This document shows, one piece after another, positions 19,396-29,302 of a DNA stretch of 64,000 nucleotides (within the stretch, counting starts at the first letter, position 1; every line of letters starts with the position of its first letter). A model generated the notes under the pieces. It saw only the letters and a list, made by a program, of their open reading frames with translations. It had not been told where the DNA came from and did not search any database. This DNA is from Candidatus Latescibacterota bacterium (lineage in GTDB: Bacteria > Latescibacterota > UBA2968 > UBA8231). The translations under genes were made by a program, and so were the position numbers. The stretch spans positions 1,606,936 to 1,670,935 of the forward strand of contig CBDCNM010000002.1 in NCBI GenBank assembly GCA_965219385.1. Reading direction: 5' to 3'.

Positions 19396-20460
19396 CTACT
19401 CCTCCTCCCAGTAGTCCACCCCATCCTGCTTGCGGAAAATGCCCCGACCTTCCAGCGCCCTGATCAGCACCTTTTGCGAATCCGGGTACTCGCACGAATC
19501 GTGCGGCAGCACCGTGCCCAGGGCCAGCAGGGTGCAGGGCGCCGTTCCCTGGTTGACGAACTTGTGGGCGCTACGCGGTCCGGGCGGAAAGGCAATGAAA
19601 TCGCCCGCCCGCATCCCCACCTCGCCCCGGGGACTGATGAGGGTGCACCCCCCTTCCATGATGTAGAACATCTCTTCGACGAAGTGGTGGAAGTGCAGCG
19701 GGAAGGTCGAGCGCTCCACTGGCAGGCGGATGATCCTGTAGCCCAGGTGCCGCGCCCCGATCAGCGGGTCAATGTCCCGGGTCTCCCAAGCATAGCCCTT
19801 TGCCCCGGACCAGGGCTGCCACTCGACCTCCTCGCTGTTGATCCGGTTGATGTAGATATCCCGGCGCTCCTCCAGGCACTCCACCAGCCGCTGGCGAGCG
19901 TCCTGAAAGATGGAGTGGCCGTCTCCCACCAGGAGCGCGTCGAAGTCCAGTTCGAGCAGCTTGCGCAGTTCCAGCGCCGCCCGGGGCGGATCCTTTAGCT
20001 TTTCGTCCATCAGCAGGGTGAAGCGGCCCATGGGCGCGCCCACCACCAGGTCCCCGGCAAACACCGCCTTCTTTTGCGGCCAGTAGAGGGCTAGTTCTCC
20101 GGGGCTCTTGCCGTGGCGCAGGTGGATTGCCCGCAATCCCGCGACGATCTCGTCCCCGTCCGCCACCTTCTGGTCCACGGCCGTGGACAGGGCCCCGGCG
20201 TCCTCTTCGTGGGCCACCACCCGGGCGCTGGTGCGCTCCTGGAAAAAGGCGGCCTCGCGCTCGTGGTCCTGGTTGGTGATGACCACCCACCCGGCTCCGC
20301 CCAGAGCGTCGAATTGCTCCAGGTCGGCCGCGCTCATGGGCACCGGATCGATCAACACATTGCCCTCGGGGCGCACCCAGAGATGGCCGTTGAAGTCGAG
20401 CTGCCGCATTTCGCTGAAGATGGACCAGGTATAGAGATCCTCGAACATCAGTTGTTTCAT
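19396..20460 (-). CDS. MBL-fold + cupin fusion protein
   Basis: TNQDHER, GKSPGE, GDL and LLVGDG (MBL-like), then PLHFH..EEMFY...H...EYPDS (cupin). Confidence 0.8.
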   Translation of the reverse strand: MKQLMFEDLYTWSIFSEMRQLDFNGHLWVRPEGNVLIDPVPMSAADLEQFDALGGAGWVVITNQDHEREAAFFQERTSARVVAHEEDAGALSTAVDQKVADGDEIVAGLRAIHLRHGKSPGELALYWPQKKAVFAGDLVVGAPMGRFTLLMDEKLKDPPRAALELRKLLELDFDALLVGDGHSIFQDARQRLVECLEERRDIYINRINSEEVEWQPWSGAKGYAWETRDIDPLIGARHLGYRIIRLPVERSTFPLHFHHFVEEMFYIMEGGCTLISPRGEVGMRAGDFIAFPPGPRSAHKFVNQGTAPCTLLALGTVLPHDSCEYPDSQKVLIRALEGRGIFRKQDGVDYWEEE

Positions 20461-20467
20461 CGTCGTT

Positions 20468-20505
20468 CTCCTTGTAAGGAGTGACCAAGTTGTAAGGAGT
20501 GACCA
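20468..20505 (-). promoter_or_regulatory. tandem 16-bp direct repeat carrying anti-SD sequences next to the RBS
   Basis: TTGTAAGGAGTGACCA at 20472-20487 and 20490-20505. On the mRNA strand each copy contains CUCCUU, complementary to the SD AAGGAG. Confidence 0.55.
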
Positions 20506-20570
20506 GGGTAGAGGCTTGCCCCTGTGTCAAACGCAACATGAGCATCAGCACGTTTGCAGCCGTGGTAGAG

Positions 20571-21581
20571 TTAGACCGTAGTTAAATCCTGGGAACTTCC
20601 GGGCACCAGCACGGCCGCGCCCTGGATCCGGCCGTTGCGCAGCCGTTCCAGCGCCTCGTTGGCTTCCTCGAGCGCAAACACCTCCACCTCGGTGCGCACC
20701 GGCACCCGGGGCGCCACCTCAAAGAACCTTGTCCCGTCCCGGCGGGTGAGATTGGCCACGGAGCGGACCGTGCGCTCGCCCCAGAGCACCTGGTAGGGAA
20801 AGGCCGGGATCTCACTCATGTGAATACCGGCGCACACCACCACCCCGCCCTTGCCCACCGCGCCCAGGGCCGCCGGCACCAGCGAACCTACCGGCGCGAA
20901 GAGGAGGGCCGCATCCAGTGGGGTGGGCGGGAGTTCGTCCGAGTCACCCGCCCACACCGCACCCAGACTGCGGGCAAATTGCTGACCTTCCCTGTCGCCC
21001 GGGCGGGTGAAGGCGTAGACGGCCCGGCCTTGGTAGCGGGCCACCTGTGCGATGATATGGGCTGCTGCGCCAAACCCGTACAGCCCCAGGCGGCGGCCCT
21101 TACCCGCCAGGCACAGGGCGCGATAGCCGATCAGGCCGGCGCACAGCAGCGGGGCGACCTCCACGCTGGAATAGGAGTCGGGAAGCGGGAAACAATAGCG
21201 GTGGTCGGCCACGGTGTACTCGGCGTAGCCGCCGTTGATCTGGTACCCGGTAAACATGGCCCGGTCGCACAGATTCTCGCGCTCCGAGGCGCAGTATCCA
21301 CATCCTCCGCAGGTCTTGCCCAGCCAGGGCACGCCGATGCGCTGTCCGGGCGACAACCCCTGTACCTCTTCTCCTGCGGCTTCCACCCTGCCGACGATTT
21401 CGTGCCCCAGAATCAGCGGCAGCTTCGGCTCCTTGAGGTCTCCATCGCACACGTGCAGGTCGGTCCGGCATACCCCGCAGGCTTCTATTGCCACCAGGAC
21501 CTGCCCGGGACCGGGGCGGGGCACGGGCCATTCGCGCACCTGCAGAGGAGCACCTGCCCGTTCCAGAACCATGGCTTTCAT
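20571..21581 (-). CDS. zinc-dependent alcohol dehydrogenase
   Basis: CGVCRTDLH, GHE, C..C..C...ENLC, APLLCAGLIG and GFGAAAH motifs. Confidence 0.93.
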   Translation of the reverse strand: MKAMVLERAGAPLQVREWPVPRPGPGQVLVAIEACGVCRTDLHVCDGDLKEPKLPLILGHEIVGRVEAAGEEVQGLSPGQRIGVPWLGKTCGGCGYCASERENLCDRAMFTGYQINGGYAEYTVADHRYCFPLPDSYSSVEVAPLLCAGLIGYRALCLAGKGRRLGLYGFGAAAHIIAQVARYQGRAVYAFTRPGDREGQQFARSLGAVWAGDSDELPPTPLDAALLFAPVGSLVPAALGAVGKGGVVVCAGIHMSEIPAFPYQVLWGERTVRSVANLTRRDGTRFFEVAPRVPVRTEVEVFALEEANEALERLRNGRIQGAAVLVPGSSQDLTTV

Positions 21582-21659
21582 AGCTGCTCCCTTGCTGCAA
21601 AGAGGGTGTCTGCGCGCGGCTGCAACGGGCCCGTTTCTCTGGCAAGCGCCACCAACTTC

Positions 21660-23330
21660 TTACCCGACTGAGTACTGTACCTGCAATTCGAGTTTTTCGA
21701 CAAGTACCTCGCCCCGGACCTCTGGAGAACGCTGTGTCACCCGCACGCCGACCAGATTTTCGCCCACTGCCAGCAGAACGGGGTTCACCTGGTACAGCAG
21801 CCACCCTTTTTCCACCTGCACCCCATCCAGCAACTGATTGTTGAGCCGCACCTCGACCTGTGCTTCGATGCCACGCCCCGGGGGCTCGGTGCAGTGGGGC
21901 ACCGGTCCGGGTCCGCCCACCCGCTTTGGAACTATGTACTCCCGGACCAGGACCGGATCCAGCCGTTGATCCTCTGGCAGACCGGCCGCAGCCGGATCGT
22001 TCAGCAAAAGCCGTAGGGATATTCCGCGCACCCGCTCCGCAGCCTCGTTCACTTCGTCGCCCACGAAAAGCGAGAGCAAGGTGTCGGCCTTGCCGTCGTT
22101 TGCCAGCGCCGCGGGCAGCTGCGCGAACATGTTGGTGTTGAAGTAGGCGAACCTGGGGGTGGACCAGTCCTCCGGGTTGGGCACGATCTGGGGGCCGTGG
22201 CCCCCCCCGCGCCGCTGCACCACAAAGCTCTTATCCAGGTGGCGGATCTTCTCGGGATCGCCCAGCTCGCGATAGACCTGCCGGTGCATGTCCCAGTGCA
22301 ACTCGCCCGGATCGGGGGCGTACTTGAAGTTGAAGGTCTGCACCCCGTCGGCCCCCTGCCGGTACCAGTTGGAAAACACCCCGCGCAAGACCTCGATCGG
22401 CGGGGCGCAGTACCCGTCCGTGGAGTGGTGATCGTCCAGGGCGCAGTAGAGCTTGATCGGGGTGCCTGCGGTGATGCGGCGAAACGCCGCCACATCGACC
22501 TCGAAGCTGCGGCAGCCCATTGTGAAGAGGTCCACCAGCTGCTCTCGGGCCCAGGTTTCCACGTCCATGCCGTCGAGGTGGCACCCCGGCAGATTTTCCG
22601 GCACCCGGGCCGCCAGCAAGAAGGGCCGACCGCGCCGCGCCTCGACCTCCAGGGTCATGGCGCGCAGAGAGTGCATCAGCTCGGTCAGACAGTGTCTGTG
22701 CTCCCAGGCGCGGCCCAGGGGCAGGTGGGGACAGCTGCGGGCATAGTCCAGCTCGAGGCCGTCGAAGTCATAGTCCTCGGCCAGTTCGCGCAGGTTGCAC
22801 AGCACATAGTCGCGCACTTCCTGAATCGCGAAGTTCCACAGGCCGTTGGAGTTCCAGGGCACTTCGAGCAACCAGTCCGGATGCTCCTGTTTTAAAGGGA
22901 TTGGGTTGAGGTGACTATCGTCGTCGATGAAGCTGCCCTGGTCTTGGCTGTACTGAGGGTCGTTATCCCCGCCGTTCATGCGGTGGGAGTAGAACCCTTC
23001 CAGGCCGCGCTTGCGGGTCTCCTCCTGGAAGATGCGCACGATGTCCACGCCCTCTTCGAACCATTTCTGGTAGCCCGGTTCATTGTAGCGCGGCAGGGAT
23101 TTGCTCGGATAGGGCACGATATTGCCTTCGCACCAGTTCCACCAGATGCTGTCCATGCAGGTGCCGGGCTCGTCGATAAAGGTGAAGCGATCTTTGACGA
23201 TGGCCTCGATATTCTCGTATTTCAGGGGCTCCACCAGCAAGACGTCGAAGTTGACGACCACGCGCCGGCGGCGGTTGACGGCATCGATGTGGGCCTTCGA
23301 CAACTCGAAGCGATGGGTGTTCGACGACAT
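21660..23330 (-). CDS. GH-like TIM-barrel protein (GHL10/DUF187-like)
   Basis: S.RMN, K.EHPDWL, NFA..EVR, YDFDGLELDY and GADGV.TFN motifs. Confidence 0.6.
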   Translation of the reverse strand: MSSNTHRFELSKAHIDAVNRRRRVVVNFDVLLVEPLKYENIEAIVKDRFTFIDEPGTCMDSIWWNWCEGNIVPYPSKSLPRYNEPGYQKWFEEGVDIVRIFQEETRKRGLEGFYSHRMNGGDNDPQYSQDQGSFIDDDSHLNPIPLKQEHPDWLLEVPWNSNGLWNFAIQEVRDYVLCNLRELAEDYDFDGLELDYARSCPHLPLGRAWEHRHCLTELMHSLRAMTLEVEARRGRPFLLAARVPENLPGCHLDGMDVETWAREQLVDLFTMGCRSFEVDVAAFRRITAGTPIKLYCALDDHHSTDGYCAPPIEVLRGVFSNWYRQGADGVQTFNFKYAPDPGELHWDMHRQVYRELGDPEKIRHLDKSFVVQRRGGGHGPQIVPNPEDWSTPRFAYFNTNMFAQLPAALANDGKADTLLSLFVGDEVNEAAERVRGISLRLLLNDPAAAGLPEDQRLDPVLVREYIVPKRVGGPGPVPHCTEPPGRGIEAQVEVRLNNQLLDGVQVEKGWLLYQVNPVLLAVGENLVGVRVTQRSPEVRGEVLVEKLELQVQYSVG

Positions 23331-23340
23331 GCAGTGCCTC

Positions 23341-24927
23341 CTATCCTGCCACGTCGACCTGGCTCCACTCTTTGTCGATCAGGCGCCACAGGCCGCCCGG
23401 ATTTTTATCCTGCAGCTCGGCAGGTAAGCGATGCTGGCGCACATTGTCGAAGCACTGCAGCATGGCAAAGCGCAAAAGCGACGCCGGGATTCCGACCGCG
23501 GTAAAGCCGGGATGGCCCGTGGCCGGATAGGGGCCACCGTGATTCATGGCCGGGGAGACCGCCACCCCCGTGGGCATCTTGTCGTTGAGCAGCCGGCCCA
23601 CCTTGTGCCGCAGCACCGGCGCAAGGCGCTCGTAGAGATCGTCGTCGCCGCCCTGGGTACTGCTGTAGATCGCACCGGTCAGGTTGCCCTCGGTCGAGCG
23701 CACCACCTCCACGGCCTGGTCTATATCGTCGGCCACCACCAGCAAACTCTCATTGCCAAAGGCCTCCTCCTGAAGCGTCTCGGGCTCTTCGAGGAAGCGG
23801 CTGGCGCTGACCTTCAGGAGGGTGTTCTGAAAGCTGTGGCCCGTGCCGCCGCCGGCTTTGCCCCCGGTGACGAGTTCGGCGCCGGCCGCCTGCAGCCCCT
23901 TGACGTTGCGCTCCAGGCCGGTCTGCACCCCGGCGCTCAGCAAGGTGCCCACCGGCGCTGCGCTGAACTTCTCCCTGGCCAGATCGATGAAGCCGTCCGT
24001 GGCCTGGCCCGCCAGAAGGATCACCAGGCCCGGATTGGTGCAGAACTGCCCGGTGCCCATCAGGCAGGAGGTCGAAAACTCATCCACCACCTCTTCGCCG
24101 CGCTCCTCGAGCGCGCCCGGCAGCAGCACCACCGGGTTGATGCTGCTCAACTCCAGGTAGATCGGCTTGCCGGCCTTGTCTGCGGCCTCCTTCAGCACCA
24201 GCCCGGCCGCACGCGAGCCGGTGTAGCCGGTAGCCCCGATCCTGGGGTGCGACACCAGCTGCTTGCCGGTCTCGTGGTCGGTGCGATATATCAGCTGCAC
24301 CATGGCAGCCGGCAGGCCCGCCTCCTGGACTGCGGCCAGGGCTTCTTCGGTCAGCAGCCGCGTGGTGCCCGGGTGCGAGGAGTTGGCCTTGCCGATCACC
24401 GGGTTGCCCGCGGCAATGGCCGCGGCAAAGTCCCCGCCCGACACGCTGTTGAAGGCCAGGGGAAAGTTGTTGGGCCCGAAGACCGCCACGCCCCCGCCCA
24501 GGGGCCCGTACATGGAGCGGATGCCGCCCTGGGTGTCGATGGTGGCCAGGCGCCAGGAGCCCTCCCGGGCCGCGGCCGCGGCCTGCCGCAGCTGGTCGGT
24601 GGTGCGCGGCAACTCGATATCATCCAGGCGCGGGGCTAGGGGCAGGCCGCTCTCGGTGTGGGCCATCTCCACGATCTCTTTGCGCCGCATTTCAATCCGG
24701 TCGGCGTAGCGTTCCAAAAACTGCACAATGCCGGCGGACCCGGCGCCGGCGAGTTGCTCGGTTACCTGAGCCGCGGCCTCGACCGCTTCCTCCACATCCT
24801 CCGGCCCACTTACCGGATAGACCTCCCCGGTCGGTTCCATGGTGGTCGGGTTGCCGGGTTCAAAGGTGCCGGCGGCGTTCGCGGCGCGCCATTCTCCGGC
24901 GATCAGTACGGGTTTTGGTTCGGACAT
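23341..24927 (-). CDS. NADP-dependent aldehyde dehydrogenase (alpha-ketoglutaric semialdehyde dehydrogenase-like)
   Basis: FGPNNFPLAF, GGDFAAA, YTGS, ELSSINP, GQFCTNPG and PTGVAVSPAMNHGGPYPAT. Confidence 0.9.
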   Translation of the reverse strand: MSEPKPVLIAGEWRAANAAGTFEPGNPTTMEPTGEVYPVSGPEDVEEAVEAAAQVTEQLAGAGSAGIVQFLERYADRIEMRRKEIVEMAHTESGLPLAPRLDDIELPRTTDQLRQAAAAAREGSWRLATIDTQGGIRSMYGPLGGGVAVFGPNNFPLAFNSVSGGDFAAAIAAGNPVIGKANSSHPGTTRLLTEEALAAVQEAGLPAAMVQLIYRTDHETGKQLVSHPRIGATGYTGSRAAGLVLKEAADKAGKPIYLELSSINPVVLLPGALEERGEEVVDEFSTSCLMGTGQFCTNPGLVILLAGQATDGFIDLAREKFSAAPVGTLLSAGVQTGLERNVKGLQAAGAELVTGGKAGGGTGHSFQNTLLKVSASRFLEEPETLQEEAFGNESLLVVADDIDQAVEVVRSTEGNLTGAIYSSTQGGDDDLYERLAPVLRHKVGRLLNDKMPTGVAVSPAMNHGGPYPATGHPGFTAVGIPASLLRFAMLQCFDNVRQHRLPAELQDKNPGGLWRLIDKEWSQVDVAG

Positions 24928-25069
24928 ACTTCGTTTTCCTTCGGTGAAGTTTGAAATTGTAAATTAGCAGAAATCTAGCAGGTTCTTCCAAACCCTGTCA
25001 AGCTTGCAAGGAGCCGGCCTTTAATCAGCCCTGTCTGTTGGGTCCAATGCCCTCTTACCCGGAAGATCT

Positions 25070-25876
25070 TCAAGTGCCGGCCGCTTGTTGCTGCAGAAAA
25101 CCGGCAACGGCCTCATGCCCTTCATGCGCGGCCCAGTCGCTGGCCAGCAGGTTCAGCGTGCCATCGCGCAACCCGACATCCGCCCCCTGAGCAACCAGAT
25201 ATTTCACCACCGATTCCTTGCCGCGGATCGCCGCCCAGTGCAAAACACCGCCCCTGTGTTCAAAACCCGGGGCCAAGGCATTGATCCGGGCCCCGTGTTC
25301 CAGGAGCCATGCAACCGCCTGCTGGTGGCCGTGCATGCCGGCATATGCCAGACCGTGATCGATCAGATCCTGGCTGGACCTGGCCTGCTGATCCTCGGGC
25401 AAAGCGCCAAACGGCCAGGCTATATCGCCTGCTTCTGGTTTTAATTCGCCACCTGGTGTAAAAAACCCTTCTAGGCAATCCACCCTTCCCAACCCCGCGG
25501 CAATGCGGAGATTGTGCACAGGGGCATCGCGTTTTACCAGCATGGCCACCATGCCGAACTGACCAAAATAAAGAGCCTCTTCTAAAGGCGACCAGCGGCC
25601 CTCCCCGTCGATTGGTGCTCCGGCATCCAGCAAAGCCTCTGCTACGGCGACGTTATCGACCCCGCCGGCAGCTGTTAAGGGCCCGATCAGCTGGGCCCCG
25701 GCCCGAATGAGCACCTGCGCCATTTCTACCCTGCTGGCCACGTGATGGGCCGCCAGTACCAGATAATTTAATGTCTCGGTTAAGCCCTCTTCCGTGCTGA
25801 ACTGAGGGTCCTGGTCGATCAGGGCTTTTAAGCCTCCTGCATCGCCGGCCTGGATGATGGCCTCGGTTGATGGCAT
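25070..25876 (-). CDS. ankyrin-repeat protein
   Basis: SPLEEA, LHWAAIRGK..VV.YLV..GAD and LL..GA.IN repeats. Confidence 0.8.
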   Translation of the reverse strand: MPSTEAIIQAGDAGGLKALIDQDPQFSTEEGLTETLNYLVLAAHHVASRVEMAQVLIRAGAQLIGPLTAAGGVDNVAVAEALLDAGAPIDGEGRWSPLEEALYFGQFGMVAMLVKRDAPVHNLRIAAGLGRVDCLEGFFTPGGELKPEAGDIAWPFGALPEDQQARSSQDLIDHGLAYAGMHGHQQAVAWLLEHGARINALAPGFEHRGGVLHWAAIRGKESVVKYLVAQGADVGLRDGTLNLLASDWAAHEGHEAVAGFLQQQAAGT

Positions 25877-25986
25877 TTGCTACATCCCCCGCGCTATCAG
25901 GTGGTGTCGTTTTTGTTGATCGTTGAGAAGCCGTTGCCGCTGGGCACATCCACGTCACCCATGCGGCTCTCGACGCCGACCTTCCC

Positions 25987-27066
25987 CTAGGCCGGCAGCC
26001 ACCGGCGGAAGAAGCGCAGCCAGTTGAGGTGGAAAATGTTGTCGATATCCCCATCGCTGTAGCCGCGCTTTTCCAGGCTGGCCTCCAGGCTTTGCAGGTC
26101 GGCGCTGCTCTGGAAGTCGACGGGCATGTGGTTGGAGCCGCCGGTGTCGGTGCCGATGGCCGAATGCCGGGTATCGCCGGCCAGCTGGCAGACGTGGTCG
26201 ATGTGGTCGACCAGGCTCTCCATTTTCAGGTCGCCGGGTTCGGATTCGCCGATGGCCCAGCCGGGCACCAGCATCCAGGCGTCCAGAGCCGCACCGATGA
26301 CCGCGTCGCGTTGCAGCAGCAACTTGAGCTGCTCGTCGGAGAACTGGCGTTCGTGGGGGACCAGAGCGCGGCAGTTGGTGTGGCTGGCCAGCACCGGGCC
26401 GTCAAAGTGGTCGAGGGCCTCGAAGAAGCTGGGGTCCGAGGTGTGGGTCAGGTCCAGGATCATGCCGATGCGCTCGAATTCCCTGAGCAACTCCTTTGTC
26501 CGCGGGTTGATGGGGCCGCTGGTGCCGGTGCCGTAGGCGTAATGGGCTATGCCGAAGTGGGCCAAGCTGACGCTGCGCACCCCGTCCTGGTACCAGGCCT
26601 CGGCCTGGTCGGGTTCGACGATGGGGTCGGCGCACTCCATGCTGACGACGACGCCCACGGGCAGAGACTCGGTCTCGTCGGTCTGCCATTGCCGCCAGTG
26701 CGCGTCCAGTTCGCCGGCGGTGCGGATGAGGGCCATCTCGTCCTGCTCGGCCAGCACCCGGTAATAGGCCAGCTGGGACTGGGCAAAGGCGTAGGCCATG
26801 GTCTGGGTGGCAAAGTCCAGGTCGAAGCGCCTGAAACCCTCGCGGGGCTGGACCTGGCGATTGGCGCGCGCCGCCAGGGTGGACTGGCACGCGGCTACGC
26901 CGCCGCGCCGCATCTCCGGCAGGCTCACCACGGCGTGGCCGCGCATCGGGGCGTCGGTCATGCCTTCCTCGCGCTGGTTGATCCGGGCTACGGTTTCGGT
27001 CATGTCGCGGTTGCAGGTCACGGCGTACAGGGCCAGGTCCAGGTGGCCGTCGAAAATCAGTCTCAT
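25987..27066 (-). CDS. membrane dipeptidase (peptidase M19) family protein
   Basis: DGHLD, SMECAD, DLTH, ASHTN and IGTD motifs. Confidence 0.88.
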   Translation of the reverse strand: MRLIFDGHLDLALYAVTCNRDMTETVARINQREEGMTDAPMRGHAVVSLPEMRRGGVAACQSTLAARANRQVQPREGFRRFDLDFATQTMAYAFAQSQLAYYRVLAEQDEMALIRTAGELDAHWRQWQTDETESLPVGVVVSMECADPIVEPDQAEAWYQDGVRSVSLAHFGIAHYAYGTGTSGPINPRTKELLREFERIGMILDLTHTSDPSFFEALDHFDGPVLASHTNCRALVPHERQFSDEQLKLLLQRDAVIGAALDAWMLVPGWAIGESEPGDLKMESLVDHIDHVCQLAGDTRHSAIGTDTGGSNHMPVDFQSSADLQSLEASLEKRGYSDGDIDNIFHLNWLRFFRRWLPA

Positions 27067-27088
27067 GGCAAGGGTCTCCGTTGTTGTC

Positions 27089-27250
27089 TCAGATCGGGGT
27101 TTGTCCGATTCGGGTTTTGGTCAGGTGATTGCTCTCGTACGAGGTGGGGTCGGCGGTGACCAGGGAAAAGCCGTCCAGGTAGTCGCCCGGGTCGGCCGCG
27201 CCCAGCGCTTCGACGAGTTTATCGGGCACGCATGCGGTAATTTGGCTCAT
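27089..27250 (-). pseudogene. probable remnant of a CopG/RHH antitoxin
   Basis: AAGGAG RBS, then MSQITACVPDKLVEALGAA..., resembling an RHH N-terminus; the rest is degenerate (53 aa). Confidence 0.35.
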
Positions 27251-27828
27251 ATAGGCTCCTTGGTGATTGCATGTGACTTGAATTAATGTCAGAAGAAGCC
27301 ACTGACATTAATATAGTCCCGGTTCTTATCTCACAGTCTCTTTGGATTCCAGCGCCTGTTGCAGCGAGCCGTCCAGAACCAGGGCGGGTTTCGGCGGCAG
27401 TGGCGCTGGCACAAAGGCGCGAACCCGCTCGCCTCCAGTGCTCGCAACCTCGTATATACCGATTTCTCCACGCTGCATGACGGGCAACCCTTATTAAAAC
27501 GGTCAAAGTTTAAATAGCAGAATATATCGCCGCAAGGGGACAGGCCATAATCAGGATTGATTTTCCGTCAAGAACACGCGTACCGGCGACTATTATGAAA
27601 CCGAGGCCCCGGTGTACATCCGCCAAATTGCTGTCGCCAAGCGTCAACGTTACCGCCCCTGCACTGCGGCGATTTCCCTCTCGGCGCAGTGCAGGGAGCA
27701 TGACCACCGCTCGGTGTCGCCGCTTGTCACCGCTACTCATCCGGGTCCGTCCCGCACCAGGACATAGCGCTTGGTCGGGTCTATCGGACCCAGTGCGGCA
27801 ACCCGTATTCTCGGGATCGCGGTTCCAT

Positions 27829-29302
27829 TCAGTAACGCCAGTCTTCGTGAGCGAGCGGCGCACGGTTGAGCTCGTCCCTATGCAAGCGCCACTGAGGCAT
27901 GTGCCTGTCCATCAACTCGCGGAACCGATTATTGTGGTCCCGCTCCAAGAGGTGGACCATCTCGTGCACGAGGACGTACACCAAACATGAAGGAGGTTTC
28001 TTTGCCAGCAAGTTGTCGAAAAGTGACCTCAATGCGGCGCTGTTGATGCTGGAAGGATAGGACGACTGAGTCTCCGGACTGCTCACACTCTTGGCCAGCT
28101 CGACGATTTTCTCAGGTATGCCTTGTAGTCAACCGCTTCCTGCTTGCGCTGAAGGATCAGGGCGTCCATTCGCTCTCCTCGGCCCGGATGTACGTGTCGA
28201 GCAGGTGCCGCATGGCCGGCTCGTACATCTTCATGCCGATGTAATCGCTGCTGGCGAGCTTGATCTCCTGGCGGACCTTCGTTGAGGACGCGTACGAGGT
28301 CGGCGCCATTCTTAGTGCGGTAGATGTTCTCGCTGACGCCCTTGAAGACCTTCTCGATCTGCTCGTCCAGCTCGGTGCGGTCGGTGATGATCAGCACCCG
28401 CCCGCCGGGCACGTGCTCGCGAATCCACTTCGCCAGCCAGACCATGGTCAGGCTCTTGCCGCTGCCCTGGGTGTGCCAGACGATGCCGCCCTCGCGGCGC
28501 TGCACGTGCGCCTAGACCGCTCGCACGCCGAAGTACTGGTTGTGGCGGCAGATCTTCTTGACACCCGCGTCGAAGACGATGAAGTCGTGCACGATCTCGA
28601 GCAGCCGCTCCTTGCCGCAGAGTTGGCTCAGTTCCCGGAGCAGCGGGTTGTCGCCGGCGGCCAAGTGGGCGCCGGCCTCCTTCCAGCGCAGCCAGTACTT
28701 CTCGGGCGCCTCAATCACGCCGTAGCGGAGGCCCTCCGTTTCGTTACCCGCCATCACGAACTGCATGGTGGCGAAGAACGGCCGGATGAAGTCCTTCTTC
28801 TGGTTGTCGAGGTTCTGGCGGATACTCTCGGCGACCGACACGGAGGAGCGCTTCAGTTCAAGGACGCCCAGAGCGATCCCGTTGACGTAGAGCACGAGGT
28901 CCGGCCGCTTGGTGTGCCCTCCGACAACCGTCACCTCCTCGGCGATGGCGAAGTCGTTGTCGCCGGGGTCTTTCCAGTCGATCAGCCACACGGTGATGGT
29001 CTGCTCGCCCACGCCCGGTCGCACTTTCACACCGTAGCGGAGCAAGTTGTAGACCTCGCGGTTGGCGTCGTAGAGGGTCTTGCTGCCGCCGAGCGGCGCT
29101 GCCTTGTCCAGCTCGAACAGCACCTGGGCGATGATTTTGTCTTCGTGGCCCTGGCGCTTCAGCCAGCCAGTGAGTAGCTCTCGACATTGCTGTTGTCGGC
29201 GCGATCCTTCCAGTCGCCGAGGTAGGCGTAGCCCAGCGCGTCCTGGAAAAACCTGACCACGCGCCGCTGGGTGAGGAATTCGCGTTCGCCGACCGTGCTC
29301 AT
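27829..29302 (-). pseudogene. hsdR: type I restriction subunit R plus M48/YgjP metallopeptidase, frameshifted and internally deleted
   Basis: MSTVGERE..TQRRVV start; frameshift near 29180; KRPDLVLYVNGIALGVLELK; in-frame TAG at 28512-28514; WHTQGSGKS and TDRTELD; MYEPAMRHL; then ALRSLFDNL fused to LAKKPP..VHEMVH..H. Confidence 0.88.

Noticed and set aside
17608..19998. 796-aa + strand ORF, and similar long antisense ORFs (50959-53226, 53575-56136, 16042-17529, 31322-32728)
   Set aside because: Shadow ORFs opposite well-supported genes in high-GC DNA, with no recognisable motifs.
27657..27696. Strong hairpin CCCTGCACTGCG...CGCAGTGCAGGG as an attC site or terminator
   Set aside because: No correctly placed AAC/GTT boxes and no U-tract on either strand; left unassigned.
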